Positions 13,507-25,920 of a DNA stretch of 64,000 bases are shown in pieces (the first letter of the stretch is position 1; every line of letters begins with the position of its first letter). This stretch comes from Botryllus schlosseri (Eukaryota). The notes under the pieces are model-generated. The model did no database searches. It was not told where the DNA came from and saw nothing but the letters and a program-made list of their open reading frames with translations. Made by a program: the position numbers and the translations under genes. The stretch spans positions 12,030,001 through 12,094,000 of the forward strand of contig CM119372.1 of NCBI GenBank assembly GCA_051294905.1. Reading direction: 5' to 3'.

Positions 13507-14810
13507 CAGGGGCCGGCAACTTTTGTGTGCAGCGTGCCAAAATATCAAAAAAATTTTACCAGCTTGCGTGCCAAACATTCAATTTATTAATATTTAACGT
13601 TTCAAGTAAGGAATACCACCAACTGTTTTTCTGCAACTGGCAACGGCATCCGTTACGCCAGTATGATTCTTGAATTATTGGTCGCGAAGGGAATGAAATT
13701 TTCGCTTACATGTACGTAATATTTACATAATTTATTTTCAGACGCACAACGATAGATCTTCTGCGTCCTATAGGAGGACGCCCAAATGTCATCTTTTTTG
13801 AAACTGTCTCCTCTTTTTTGAAACAGATTGGTTAAATGTATGTTAACATTCAACTGAAATATGGGAAATCAGTGCTCAAGTGACGGTCCGGCGGGACTTC
13901 CGGGAGTTGAGCCAGAAAGCTGACTTTTATTTTTATTTTTTTTAGTTAAGCAATTACAAAGTCGCAACAAATTTACCAATTTTTCCGGATTTTACTCCGG
14001 TATTGTAAGTCTGGAAATGTTTAAAAGTGTCCTCTTTTCAGATTCCCAAAATATGGTAAACCTAGGTAAAGATTGTCGTTGCTCCAGATATATTGGAATC
14101 GATTGCCAGCAGTCGGAACTAAAAGAATGTCTCCTTCTGAGAGACGAACACGATTCCAAATTTGCATTTTGACACGGGGCTCATTATTTTCCTCGGCAGG
14201 TCTCATTTGATACATGCGGCTGAAGCTGCGGGGACTGAACTGCGGGCATAATCATTTTTGCAACGCATACACCGCATGGGAGTCGCATGTTGCCCGAAAC
14301 TTTATGCCTATAGGTCGTGTCTTCTACAGCGTGAAAATGCCCAGCGCCGGAATGCCGGTTCATAAGTTGTGCTCACGTAGGCTGCACAGTGTACGTACAC
14401 TGCTTGATCAAGCATCCATTCTTACGATATTCGGTTGACGTTCTTTCATAACTGCTAATACGGTTGACTAATTTCTGTACATTATGCATAGCTTTTAAAC
14501 ACATTTTCTATCTACATATATATTTATTTATTGGGGGCTCCCACATTCTAATCAAAACATCAGGCCCAATAAATCGCGGGAAGCGCGGAAAATAATTTCA
14601 AGATAAGTCAAATCTGCCCTAAAAGACTATTTTATGTTGATTTAGGAAACAATTTCGGATCATCTACGAGCTCTATACATTTTGAAAAGTTCTGTTTCAT
14701 TTTTTGCAAAAACGAGGTTCTAATAGCTTGTGTCACATCATTTGCCGTGCCATGCGAAATCATCTCGCGTGTCACAACTGGCACGTGATGCCGGGGTTTG
14801 CCGACCCCTG
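13507..14810. mobile_element. Buster/SPIN-type hAT deletion derivative with a decayed transposase N-terminus on the minus strand
   Basis: TIR CAGGGGCCGGCAAC / TTTGCCGACCCCTG and perfect TSD TCGTAAGT. Minus-strand 14021-14215 reads AEENN...W...LVPTAGNR...NDN...NLKRGHF, resembling a degraded BED finger. Confidence 0.88.
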
Positions 14811-14836
14811 TCGTAAGTACTTCAAATGTCTGATTT

Positions 14837-15303
14837 CACCAGGCCGATATTCTTCATTTTTTCCGTAACTGCCGACTTATAGCACGGCCCACTTCTAGGC
14901 TTTTTATTGTATAAGACACCGCTTACGCGGATGAGGTGGCGAGGAGGAGAATAGATTTTGTTTGTTTGATTATTTATTTAACACATACAAACAGTGGTGT
15001 TTGTCGCCTATTAAGGTCATGTACACCACGACAATGATATTTTTAATGTTCAGGATCTTTGATTTCGTACTCTTTCCGGGCGACTTGCACACTCGCGCGC
15101 TCCCAACTTCAGTCTCTCTCTCCCTCTTTCACGCATCAGGACTTGTTCTTTACTGTCGACTTCTTCCTGGCGCGGCTCACTATCAGCCAAGATAAACCTC
15201 CAACACTTAGGTATAGGAATTCTGAAGTCGACCTCGGTCAGACTCGAACTCGCACCCAATGGTGTTGCAGCCGCGGATTATACCACCGCGCTATCTTGCC
15301 ACC
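14837..15303 (-). mobile_element. tRNA-derived SINE interrupted by a second retroelement fragment (~14951-15189)
   Basis: SINE head at 15190-15303 and body at 14837-14950 are collinear with the copy at 12311-12579. The insert carries a (CAAA/TAAA)n tail on the minus strand. Confidence 0.85.
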
Positions 15304-15461
15304 TTTGGCTTTTGTCTTACTCTTCCTAGCACGTAATGGAACGATCAATCAAATAATTTAACTCAGTGCATATATTTAGGCAGAGTATGGCTGCGTCGAA
15401 CGGATGAATAACCACAGTCATCGTAGGGTTGCCTCCTTTATCGTCGGGTATCGGGAAGACC

Positions 15462-18404
15462 TCACATTTTCATTCTTTTGACTCTGCTGTGCTCTTGTAA
15501 TCTCAAAGCGTTTATTTTGATAAAGCCACCGGCATCCATAGGCTCGTAGTCTCCTTGTACATCCAAACTATACGAAAGGCATAATGATCAACTCCATGTA
15601 ATCATGCATATATATATACTCAACCCCGATAATACTAAGTACCTGACCAACTCTTCATTGTACAAAGAAATTGGAGACTCCCGCCCTGTGACATAAACGT
15701 TGCCTTTGAATAATTTCAAATTGACCGTGCCGATCACGTTCTCCTGGCTTTTGTTGATGCAGAATCTGGTAAACTCACATTCGGGGCTGAACCACATTCC
15801 TGCGAATTTGAACGGACTTGTTACATGTTGCGTTTACGTTAACGGAAAGCAACAGGTTTTCCTTTACCATAGTAGACTTGATTTGCAAACTGCACCGAAA
15901 GACATTGCTTGATTTTTATCAGTTCTTTGTCCATCGTGAAGGTCTCGATGTCTTCGTGAGCAGCGAACAGAATCGACCCGCCCGGCGTTTCGTAACAACC
16001 ACGCGATTTCATTCCTATGAATCGACTTTCCACGATATCGACACGTCCAATTCCGTGTTTTCCACTGAAAGGAAATGCGAAAATCGGCGCTCGAGCTGCA
16101 CGAAAATGCGAAATACGACAACATTTAACACACCCGAGTTGGTTCAGGTAGAGGAAAATGTCAAGTGCACCCGTTATCTTAACTTTTTCTGTGGTGTTCA
16201 CGACCTTCACAGGTACGCCGCCATCAAAGGTCACGGCGATAAGGTCCGGAGTGTCGGATGCTTTAGTGGGGTCAGTCGTTCGTTGCCACATTACAGCCTC
16301 TGGTTCCGTAGACGGGTTTTCCAGCATTCCCCCTTCATAACTGTATAGAAACATAATATTTACGATGGCGGTTACACCAGGGGCGGGAAACTTCTTCAGC
16401 TTTTGAACCTTATATGGATTAGTGAAGTATTTAACGGGCCGGGCCATCGGGGTGAAATTATTTCACCATGACGCGACATTCCGAATCCATTGTGACGCAG
16501 TGAAAAAATAGATGTCACAATATGCGTGTCGGATAGAAAATGCCAGCGAAAAAAAATGTGTATTGCCCTTGGGCTATACTTTTACGAAATGATGTAACTT
16601 CCCACTTTTTGGTTTGCACTGTTCCGTGCACCCTTTCCTTGGATTAAATCACTAGATTTCTCACTAGAGTTACCAAGATCGGCACGATCCTCTATCGATA
16701 TGTGCGTGGTGACAATAGTCGTGTCATCCGACCTGTTGTGCATCAAGTTATCGTCGATACTCCATAGTTTGGTTTTTGCGACACCAAGTGATATGTTTTT
16801 CTCGTCGGCGTATTTCACGAGATCGGGTCGGCCCTTGAATCGATTGTAAAATTCTGGTAGGCGCCAAGGAGCCAAAATCTTCACTCCGGGTAGGAGAGCG
16901 TAACAGGCCAGCTCGAAACGGATCTGGTCGTTGCCCTGAATATTGAGGAGAAGTGTAGTAGTTGAAAGTAAAGCCTATAGAATATATACTAGACTGCAAT
17001 AACACATTATTGAGCGGCGTTTTTGATCCTAGTTGTGCAGAAATTGAAGTTGTTTGATTTTCCCACTTCTCGACTATAAGCATGCTTTCAACTATGCACA
17101 ATAGCAGTGGTTCTCAATGGGCGTGTCGCGGCCAATTGGACTGTTCGGGGATACCGAGAAAAGGTGGTAAACAAGGTCGACGTATATAATAAAAATTAGG
17201 GAATCGGGATTTTGAGTAAGGCGGATCTACTGAGTCACACAATGCATGCCAAAACAACTAAGTATACTGTCTCAATCTGGTATCCCCTAAGCCTAATGCC
17301 TGATGTATAACGGTGTTCGATCTTCATCTTGCTTATTTTAGGCTACCTCGCTCTTTTCATTCTCTACCTTGAATTCGTCCATGATCTGGTCTCTCTGGGA
17401 ACGTTTTTGTGAGGACGATGTGAGTACAACGACGGAGGAGATAAGGGCAATCTCAGACAAACCTCCGGCGCTTCGGAAGGTGCTACTGCAAGAATCAAAC
17501 CAGGCCCTCCACCGGCACCAGATGTTAGGGTGCCGCGAACTATTTTTCCTATCGGAGGGTGCCGCGAGGTCAAGAAGCTTGACAACCACTTCACTATAGT
17601 GTCCAAGTTAGTATCGCGATATACACATTCAACATTTTCCAGCTACAATCACTTTCTGTTCTGTCTTCGATTGTCCAAGACAACTTGCTTGCAAAGCTAG
17701 ACAATTTTACGCGGCCGAAGTACCTTTCCCGTTGCTCCGTGGGAAATGAAAGATGCGTTCTCTTGCTTGGCAACAGCAACCATATTCTTTGCGATGCACG
17801 GGCGCGCAAGCGATGTTCCGAGCATATACCGGTTCTCGTATTTCGCATTGGATTGCACCCACGGCCATATGTAATCAGAAACGAACTCTTCTCGACAATC
17901 GCAGATATGTATCTGAATCATAATGCACGGGTAAAATGGATTGGATGTGGTGTGAATATATATTCAAAATTAAAATTCCTGATACGATAACAGCAGAAAC
18001 ATTCAAACGAGGTTGTCATTTTGAGCCCCATGCGGCAAATATCATAATCAGCCATGAATCATATAACTGCGTGATGGCCGATCATGAACAGTGAACACAC
18101 CGATCATTATATTCGCCAATGTCGTTGCCCAACGCGTGTCAATAACAGCCCACCTTGCGCGCTCCAAGCGCATAAGCTTTCTTTTCAACTTCATCGAAGT
18201 CGCACTCTTGTCCGACGTTAGCCTAAACAAAACGTAAACGCGTAACTAGTGCATTCACGCACGTCGGGAGCTCCCCAAACCGTGTACCAGAAACGCGACT
18301 ACGTCGTATCCTTGTTCTTTCAGCCATACAAGAATACACGATGTGTCCAATCCACCACTGTATGCCAGAACTACAGTTTCCTTTTGCTTATCAGATGAAG
18401 CCAT
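15462..18404 (-). CDS. ASS1: Argininosuccinate synthase, 8 coding exons, 414 aa
   Basis: Exons 18404-18288, 18222-18154, 17912-17724, 16935-16733, 16340-16134, 16064-15868, 15799-15643, 15567-15462. All introns are GT-AG, phases are consistent, total 1245 nt. Motifs: [77 protein letters not shown]. Confidence 0.97.
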
Positions 18405-18539
18405 GCTGTCTCTACACCTAATCACGAACTGAATGGACGATATATCGACGAATGCAAATTTGTGTTGATAACATTCGGCATTGACACGAAATCAAGTAGC
18501 CTGGGCGTGATTTTCTTTGAACTCATACCATATAAAATG

Positions 18540-19145
18540 GAATCGGCTCAATTTAACATCGATTCCAGACATTTTCAATATACCGACTCCAACTCCTCCA
18601 ACATTGGACGCACTACGTCTAACTCTGACTTTCCTTTAAGAACTCCTACTCCACTTCAGTACGCCAACATTCCTGGATATCTACTCAGAAAATTATGCGT
18701 TATTATTGTCAAGTGAAACATCCTATTATTTGAATTATTGATTCCTAATATACATTTTAATAATATATTCATGGCAGAAATATATTAAAACCCGAAGCTG
18801 CCGTTCGCGACTCTGTGTTCTTGTCACTGTAACGTCACAACGACAAAATTCTTTCTATATTTCGAACTTGGTAAACCCCATTTACTGGCGTTCGCTCCTG
18901 AAGAGAGCCAGTCTAAAAGTTTCGAGTGGAATAAATTTGGCAATATGAATGCATTGTTTGCTGCAATATTGAAGTTCTGTACTTCGAAAAGCCTATACAA
19001 TAATCTCTGTAACTGCAACGGTACATTATACATTCTACATTCCCACTCCGACTCCGACCCAACCACTATATATTTCCTAACTCCAACACCAACGGGTGTT
19101 ACAGAATTTTTGTGTACCGACTCCATCATGACTCCACCACAGGGT
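18540..19145. repeat. GACTCC-repeat MITE remnant containing part of a palindromic repeat shared with 58025-58270
   Basis: CCGACTCC/AACTCC motifs. 18790-18997 matches the 58025-58270 element. Confidence 0.6.
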
Positions 19146-19858
19146 AATCGATGCAGCTTCTGGGGGGCATACTATATGCATCTGGTCGTTAAATTTTGTT
19201 AATTAATTCTGTCATTAATATTGGTTCTTTCATATATTACTTTAAAACTTTGCTCCTCTCTTCGCCCACGTGATCAGAGGTAGCGGTAGAGCTGGTGCGA
19301 TGGATGATGATGACTTCGAAAATGCAGGGAGCGTAATTGTACATCGTAAAATCATGTTCAAGTTCATGTCACACTGTAATGACTATTCATGAGCCTAAAT
19401 GTCAGTCCGCACCAGCAGGTTGCACATCCGGTGGTTTCCAACCTTGACGGCCGCGACTCCATATCCAATTTAAAAATGTTCCGTGGCTTAGCCCAAAATT
19501 GGATAAGCTGATTATAGTGATCAATAGGGCGATTTTTTTTACATGTCAAAATAAGTCAAGATTTGTCAAAATTGTAGCGTTAGGTCAAGAAATTGTCAAA
19601 ATTGTTTACAAAGTCAAACATTTTTTGCCACCTGCATTTCGTTTGATCGTAAATGTGTGCACTGTCGGTGAACTTATCATTTGACATTTTAAAGCTTATT
19701 GCATACTTTATAGGCCTATCGTTGTAGATGGCCCATTGTCTGCTCATTGTGAATCATAGACGGCAAAATGAAACAAATAGGTTGACATGGTGTCATCATA
19801 GTTTCCTATATGGTGTGGACACAGCGAGAGTGATCGGCTCGCTGCATTTGGGTTACGT

Positions 19859-20442
19859 CATACTTTCCATTTGACCAAAGTCAACTTTACGGCCATTTTT
19901 GACCGGCTTGCCGAGCGCCAAATTCAATAAAACGGGTATCAATGAAAAGCTGCTGCTATGCTGATTACGAAAATAAAACTTTTATTCTGTTCATGGTCCT
20001 GGAACCCCCCAAAATCGGCCTAGAAATTTGCATCGTGATCGAGTTTTGTCATTGTGACGCAACCGGACTGTCTGCCTCTTTCTTCTCAGCTTCACTCTCG
20101 TATTGCCAGACAGAATTGACAGAAGTATTGCCAGACAGAAGCATAAACTTGGCTATTTATAGTGATAGCTATGAGGGCTGTAGAGTCGTTTTGCCAGACA
20201 ACGAGAGTGAAGCTAAGAAGAGGGAGCCAGACGGCACTGTTGCGTCACAATGCCCAACTCGATCACAATGCAAATTTTAACGCTGATTTTTGGGGGTTCC
20301 AGGACCATCAGCAGAATAAAATTTATGTTTTCGTAATCGGTATTGCAGCAGCTTTCCATTGATACTCGTTTTATCCAATTTAGCGCTCGGAAAGACGGTC
20401 AAAAATGGCCGTAAATTTGCCTTTGGTCAAATGGAAAGTGTG
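19859..20442. mobile_element. Palindromic (hairpin) MITE with ~250-bp arms
   Basis: CATACTTTCCATTTGACCAAAG ... CTTTGGTCAAATGGAAAGTGTG. The arms are reverse-complementary throughout, with GTATTGCCAGACAGAA duplicated at the centre. No clear TSD. Confidence 0.85.
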
Positions 20443-20665
20443 AATATTCGTCCTTTTTTCATATGTTATAGTTTTTGTAACAAGCCACGTATACTCTAAA
20501 TGTAGGAATCATTCAAACATGATATATATCCCATCCTGTAAAATTAAAATGTGGATAAAACAATAGAAGAGTGGCTCTAGTCAGGACCGAAACAGCACTT
20601 CGCCAGCCCCCCCCCCCCAAAAAAAAAACGTTGGACTTAGGCCCCCAATAGGGTGATCAACCATA

Positions 20666-21627
20666 GGGGAGATGCGGTACCGATAAGACACTGGGACCGA
20701 AAATAATTGAAAAATTATCTGTGATAATCCCATGATTACAGTACGTGACTTTGTCTACAATGGCATGCTGGCTGAATCTTTCCTCATATGCAAAAAACTT
20801 CGACCTGCGTGAGTTATGGGGTCTGTGACAATTGATTTACGTTTTAGGGGGTGTAAAATAAATTTTGATCGACATATACATTTTTCTATATCACCTTCCA
20901 GACTAACAAACCCGCAATAGTTTTTGATGTGAAGTATAGGGCTTGTATCAGGGTACATAATGGCACATATTTTTTAATTAATACCATCCTCGAGTGGACT
21001 ATTTTCAATTCAAATACAATATTTATAGGGTGGGGGACCTATGGTACCACAGCCAAATCAAGCTAAATAGTTGGACCAACTAATCACTTAACAACAGAAA
21101 CACACCGACATATATAGAGGCTGTAAATCATAGTTACCTGTGGTGTTTTATCGCTATTACTAGGTATTTGAAAGTCAAAATGTAGATTTTCCGGTAATAT
21201 GTATGTGGCATTAATTTTGTAAGTTTCGGCGGAAATCAAAACGTGATTTTATCCCAATATTTTAGTTGATATAATCTATTTTATTCTTGAAGGTGGCGAC
21301 GAAACATTCTTCATTGGCATGCTGTAGGTTGGATTATAGTACGCAACAAAACAAGTTGAAAAATTTGAGTTTTGAGCGTATGTCTCATAGGTCCCAGCAT
21401 GGTCGTGTGCCATTGGACCCACCGGTGGGGACCGATGATACGTTCAAGCAACTCATTTGAAACGTTTATAAATATTTTTTGAAAAGGAGGATATCCATGT
21501 AAATGTCCGCGATAGGTAGAGCTCGTATCAAAGTGTTGAGACAGCAAAAGATCCGTTATTCTCGGATGAAGATTTTAGGGCCAGAGATCATTTTGCAATT
21601 TTTGATACATCCGGACCACATCTTCCC
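20666..21627. mobile_element. TA-flanked TIR element (Tc1/mariner/pogo-like MITE)
   Basis: TA-GGGGAGATGCGGT ... ACCACATCTTCCC-TA, with GGGACCGAT internal repeats. Absent from the sister copy at 53662. Confidence 0.65.
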
Positions 21628-23244
21628 TACTTATGGGGCTTCGCCCCCAGACCCCCACCAGGCTATACTTTTGCCCACTACTTATCACCTAGATTTGTTG
21701 TAATGTTCACTGTTCAACGAGCCAGCCTCTATCGAAGCGCGAAAATTTGTATAGTTCATGACTGAATAGTAAATTTTGTATCCTCTCTCTTCTCACGTAG
21801 TCAGATTTACCAGTAGACCTGAGTGTGGTGTCTTGGAAAATGTAGGGCCCGTAAATAATAATCAAACATATTCGGGCGGACCGACAGGTATACTAACATC
21901 GTTACATGATGTTATTTTGTGACCTCCTACATGCTGTGTCAAAAGATATTGAATGAAATCGCCAAAGCGTACTAAACTAAAAGACGCACACAATTTTAAA
22001 TTGGTATTTGTTCACTGGCAAATTATTTTTCCGAGTGGGAGGGCATTTGTCTTGTAGGATTCAGATTGCCAGGACAGGAACATTCGGCGCCAGTCATTTA
22101 GGCGCCTATTGACAAGTAAACATATATACAAGGCTTTGGAGCCGGAGCAAGGAGCCGGAGCCCCGGAGCCGTGCATTTTCACCGGAGCCGGAGCCGGAGT
22201 TCTACATAAAATTCAGCTGGAGCCGGAGCTGGAGCGAGTTATTTGAGGAGTAGCTCCGGGTCCGACGTATTTCATAAGATGCTATTATATATGCAACAAC
22301 CATATCTGCTGATTTCACGTAATTCAACAGCAGGCCTTCGAGAAATTAAGAATCTTTGTCTCTTTGGCGCTACCTTTTCCGACTAACCATGTTCCTGGGG
22401 ATTTGACAGCAGAGCAGTCATGTGTTCAATGTTCAATTTTCATACATGAGCGCCGAACCTCGGTATGTTAGATATGCCTGTGGATATTGTGGGTATTCGG
22501 CATACCCACAATTTCATCATCAGCACAACCTTGTTGGCCAATTGCATGGTTTGAAAATAATGACCACTATGTATTGCGCAAAATGGGACAGACGATAAAA
22601 ACGTGATTTCGTTGCACATGTCGAGTCGATATGACGAGCACGCGCCGAGAAATTCCATCTCATTTGTTGCTATGAATCGGATGGGCTATACTCGTTCTTT
22701 CGAGATAGTTTTTTTTTTAATCGGGGCGCGAAATCGGTCAGTGTTATTGTGTATGAAACTATGCATGCGAAATAAGGATTTTCGAGCGTAAATAGGGACT
22801 GGCAGAAGGATGGCCCAAAACGCCTTTACACTCAGCAAATAATTGTCGCGGTGCGAGCTACTCAATGCGATGTCAGAACCCCATGGTATTTTATGTTGAA
22901 GACAAATCGCTGATTTGAAACGCGATTTCCAATTTGTAATCATCTTTTCGTGTTTTCGTTCTTGATGCCTGCTTGATACTCTGGTATTCCCGAATTATCG
23001 CGCACTATATGACTTGCAAATGTGCATCGGTTAATTCGTTACGGGCACGATTACTCGATTCGTTTCAACGGGAAAATATTATATTCCGATAAACTTGATC
23101 GACACCGGATGGACTGGTAACGAGTGCCCCAATATCGAACGTCAAACCATTGGCTATTTGGTAGAAATCGGATATCTATTGATCAGGTCGTGCTAGATTA
23201 CTATGGGTAACTAACCTACAGGAAGATTAGTAATGTATTTAGAC

Positions 23245-24325
23245 CGGAGATGGCAAACCTTTTCGGCTAAAGGGCCACAATCCACATTCCATTGACGAAC
23301 GAGTACGCTGTCTACTAGCCACGCCAAGCGCGTAAAATTTTCACAATGTTTATAAATGAACTATGTCAATAATAGTATTACTTGAGTATATTGCGGGTCT
23401 GCTGTATACCGCCTGCTGGGCTCAGTTTACAAGGACAGGACTAATTGGCATCTGGACATATCGATATCTAAGGTTTCTGCTAATATGCGACTATCATTTT
23501 GTGCCTACATTTCATCGTCAACGATCTTTCTGCGAGCGAAAACACGAAAAGACATTCACTCGTAATTAGAGCCCGACCGATATTGGATTTTTGGGCCGAT
23601 ACCGATAAAACCGATATCTAACATCTTCACCGATAGCACCGATATATTCAGCCGATATTTATATAAGGGAGAATCTACCGCAGAAGGCGCATTTTAAAAA
23701 CTTCAGAGCATTTATCCCAACAGCTTTACAGCCATTGTCATACTTGAACATGAAATAGACGAGAAAGGCTGCATCTATGGGCACCTTGAAAGTGTAAGCT
23801 ATATGAAAATTGCAATATTCCCTGTCTAGAGGTCAAGAATTACAGTTCACTGACTGCCTACCATCATGCTGTGACGTCACGAAAATAGCCGATATTTTTT
23901 CAGCTCCAATGGCCGATACCGATATTTTTTTAAAGTGTAATATCGACTCGATATTATCGGCGAACCGATAATCGGTCGGGCTCTACTCGTAATTGCGAAT
24001 ATAGTTAGACTCAATCGGGTAAATTAGGCGTTTTTTCATTTTCAGGATGGGGTAGGCTACCAAGCAAGAAATCGTGTGACAATTAAACACGCGAAGCGTG
24101 AAGATAAATTTTACTTCTATTTTAGTTTATTGTAATGTACAACGATTTACTAAAAATGTGACTGGACGCTGGATCTGCCAATGCGTCGAAATCGGACTAA
24201 TCATATTTTTGGTTGGCCTTGCAAGTTTACAATTTGAGCAATTCATTTTAGATAATATAACAGGATTTCGATAATTAGGAAATTACCTCGCGGGCCACAT
24301 ATGGCGTGCGGGTTGGCCACCCCTG
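23245..24325. mobile_element. Buster-type hAT MITE, nested
   Basis: CGGAGATGGCAAACC / GGTTGGCCACCCCTG, TSD ATTTAGAC/ATATAGAC. Confidence 0.8.
23567..23985. mobile_element. Ac-type hAT MITE with CCGATA repeats, innermost insertion
   Basis: Perfect TIR TAGAGCCCGACCGAT and perfect TSD CTCGTAAT. Confidence 0.93.
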
Positions 24326-25715
24326 ATATAGACAGACCTATTCGATAGTGTCCAGAGCCGGAGCTGGAGCCGGAGCTAATGTATGATAGAAGAAATCGCC
24401 GGAGCTGGAGCAATTCAATATTTACGGCTGCTCCAAAGCCCTGCATATATCTATCGAAGTTCCAATCAATCTGATTTATTAATATTTTCATCGTTTCAAA
24501 ACACCACAAAACTGCGATACAATGAAAGGATAGGAAGGTGTCGAAACAACAGCTCGTGGGACCAACCATTGGTACGGACAAAAAATTTACGGTCAGCGAC
24601 CAAGATTTACTCGCTGCCGATCGTTCTGGCACACTTCTCGAAGTCGCATCTTACATGGCGTAACTAAAACTTCACATGTCTTGGTCCGTCGTGGTGCGGT
24701 AATGGCCTACGCCGGAATGCCAATTTCTATATATCATGCGTAGGCTACTATTTCTTAGGGGAAGGTTACCCAATAATCAACGTCAACGTTAAATCGCGTA
24801 TAGCGCGCGAAAATTTTGAAAAAGTTGCAACTGTATAATTTATGTTGATTCATGAAATAATTTTGGGTCCCATTCGAGCTCCCCCCCCCCAAATGACTCT
24901 AGTCAGTCTAGCTAGTGTTTGGGTAAACAACTAATACAGATATGTACAAATTCTATCAATATACTTTATACTGATGACAAGCACAGGCTCTCTCACTACT
25001 AAGAAACGGTGATCAGAAAGCAAATTTAGGGAGTAGATAAATAGCATGAAGCATCCTTGCACTCTTTCTTGAACATTTTTGATTTTGTCGAGTGGGATGC
25101 AGCGTTTGGTTATATTTACATCGATTTTACAAATGACGTTGCCACTTACAAAACCAGATGATGTATTTAGGCTACTCTTTCATAATATCATGATATAATT
25201 CCAAAAATTGCACCAATTTGCGACTCCATAAGTAATTTTGTGTTGGTCGCAATTTGGTTGAAATTTTCTTTCTCTATGCAATTTTCAATATATATCCAAT
25301 TTTATTATTACTAATAACAATGATTGTTGATACATACAAATCCTACTATATATATTTTATTAGTAATTCTAAGAGATGTTTGAAAGCACTTGTTTTCATA
25401 TTAAAAAATTGGAGTCGGAGTCAGGAGCATTTTGACATACTCACAACCGACTCCAAGGCGTTCTAAAAAGAAACTCTGACTCCATTAAGGGAAAATGAGC
25501 AAAACTCCGACTCCACCGACTCCGACTCGATCCACAGCCCTGATAGCCATAGTTATCGGTCCATTGTAATGCGAATCTGGTACACCCCAGTACACCCCAT
25601 CCGAGCGGTACACCGTTTAGACATTATGGTACACCCTTGGGTGTACGATACACCCGGTTGCAGAGCCCTGATCTACATTGTTACAATCAACAGCTAGTTT
25701 TACATTCCACAGCTG

Positions 25716-25920
25716 CAACAACAATGGCCTGCGAGTTCGAGTCTGAACGAGGTTTACCGTGTTGGAGGTATATCAAGACTCTTCACCACGTGATGCGCGT
25801 AAGCGGTGTCTTACAGGATAGCATAGTCGGAAGATCAGGAGTCATAATAATAAATATCGACCTGTTGTAAATTATCTTAGTAATCGAAACACCATGGATG
25901 CCAAAATAACAAAAACAGAT
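25716..25920 (+). mobile_element. Degenerate SINE copy
   Basis: GAGTTCGAGTC B-box, CGCGTAAGCGGTGTCTTACA core, AAACACCATG tail. Confidence 0.75.

Larger units (their letters stand above)
22129..24443. mobile_element. hAT element with GGAGCC subterminal repeats
   Basis: TIR CAAGGCTTTGGAGC / GCTCCAAAGCCCTG, TSD CATATATA/CATATATC. Confidence 0.87.
20582..24895. mobile_element. Host hAT-like element (family of 53662-54930) expanded by nested insertions
   Basis: Collinear with 53662-54930 at 20582-20662, 21640-22128 and 24560-24890. TSD GCTCTAGT/ACTCTAGT. The right TIR is eroded. Confidence 0.8.

Noticed and set aside
15818..16348. 176-aa plus-strand ORF and other antisense ORFs over ASS1, SYTL and LEKR1
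   Set aside because: Shadows of real minus-strand exons with no independent motifs.
15462..18404. Bacterial argG contamination or recent horizontal transfer
   Set aside because: Seven spliceosomal introns and an animal-type sequence.
19859..20442. Transib/RAG-like element from CAC-like termini
   Set aside because: No 5-bp TSD and no heptamer/nonamer RSS-like structure.
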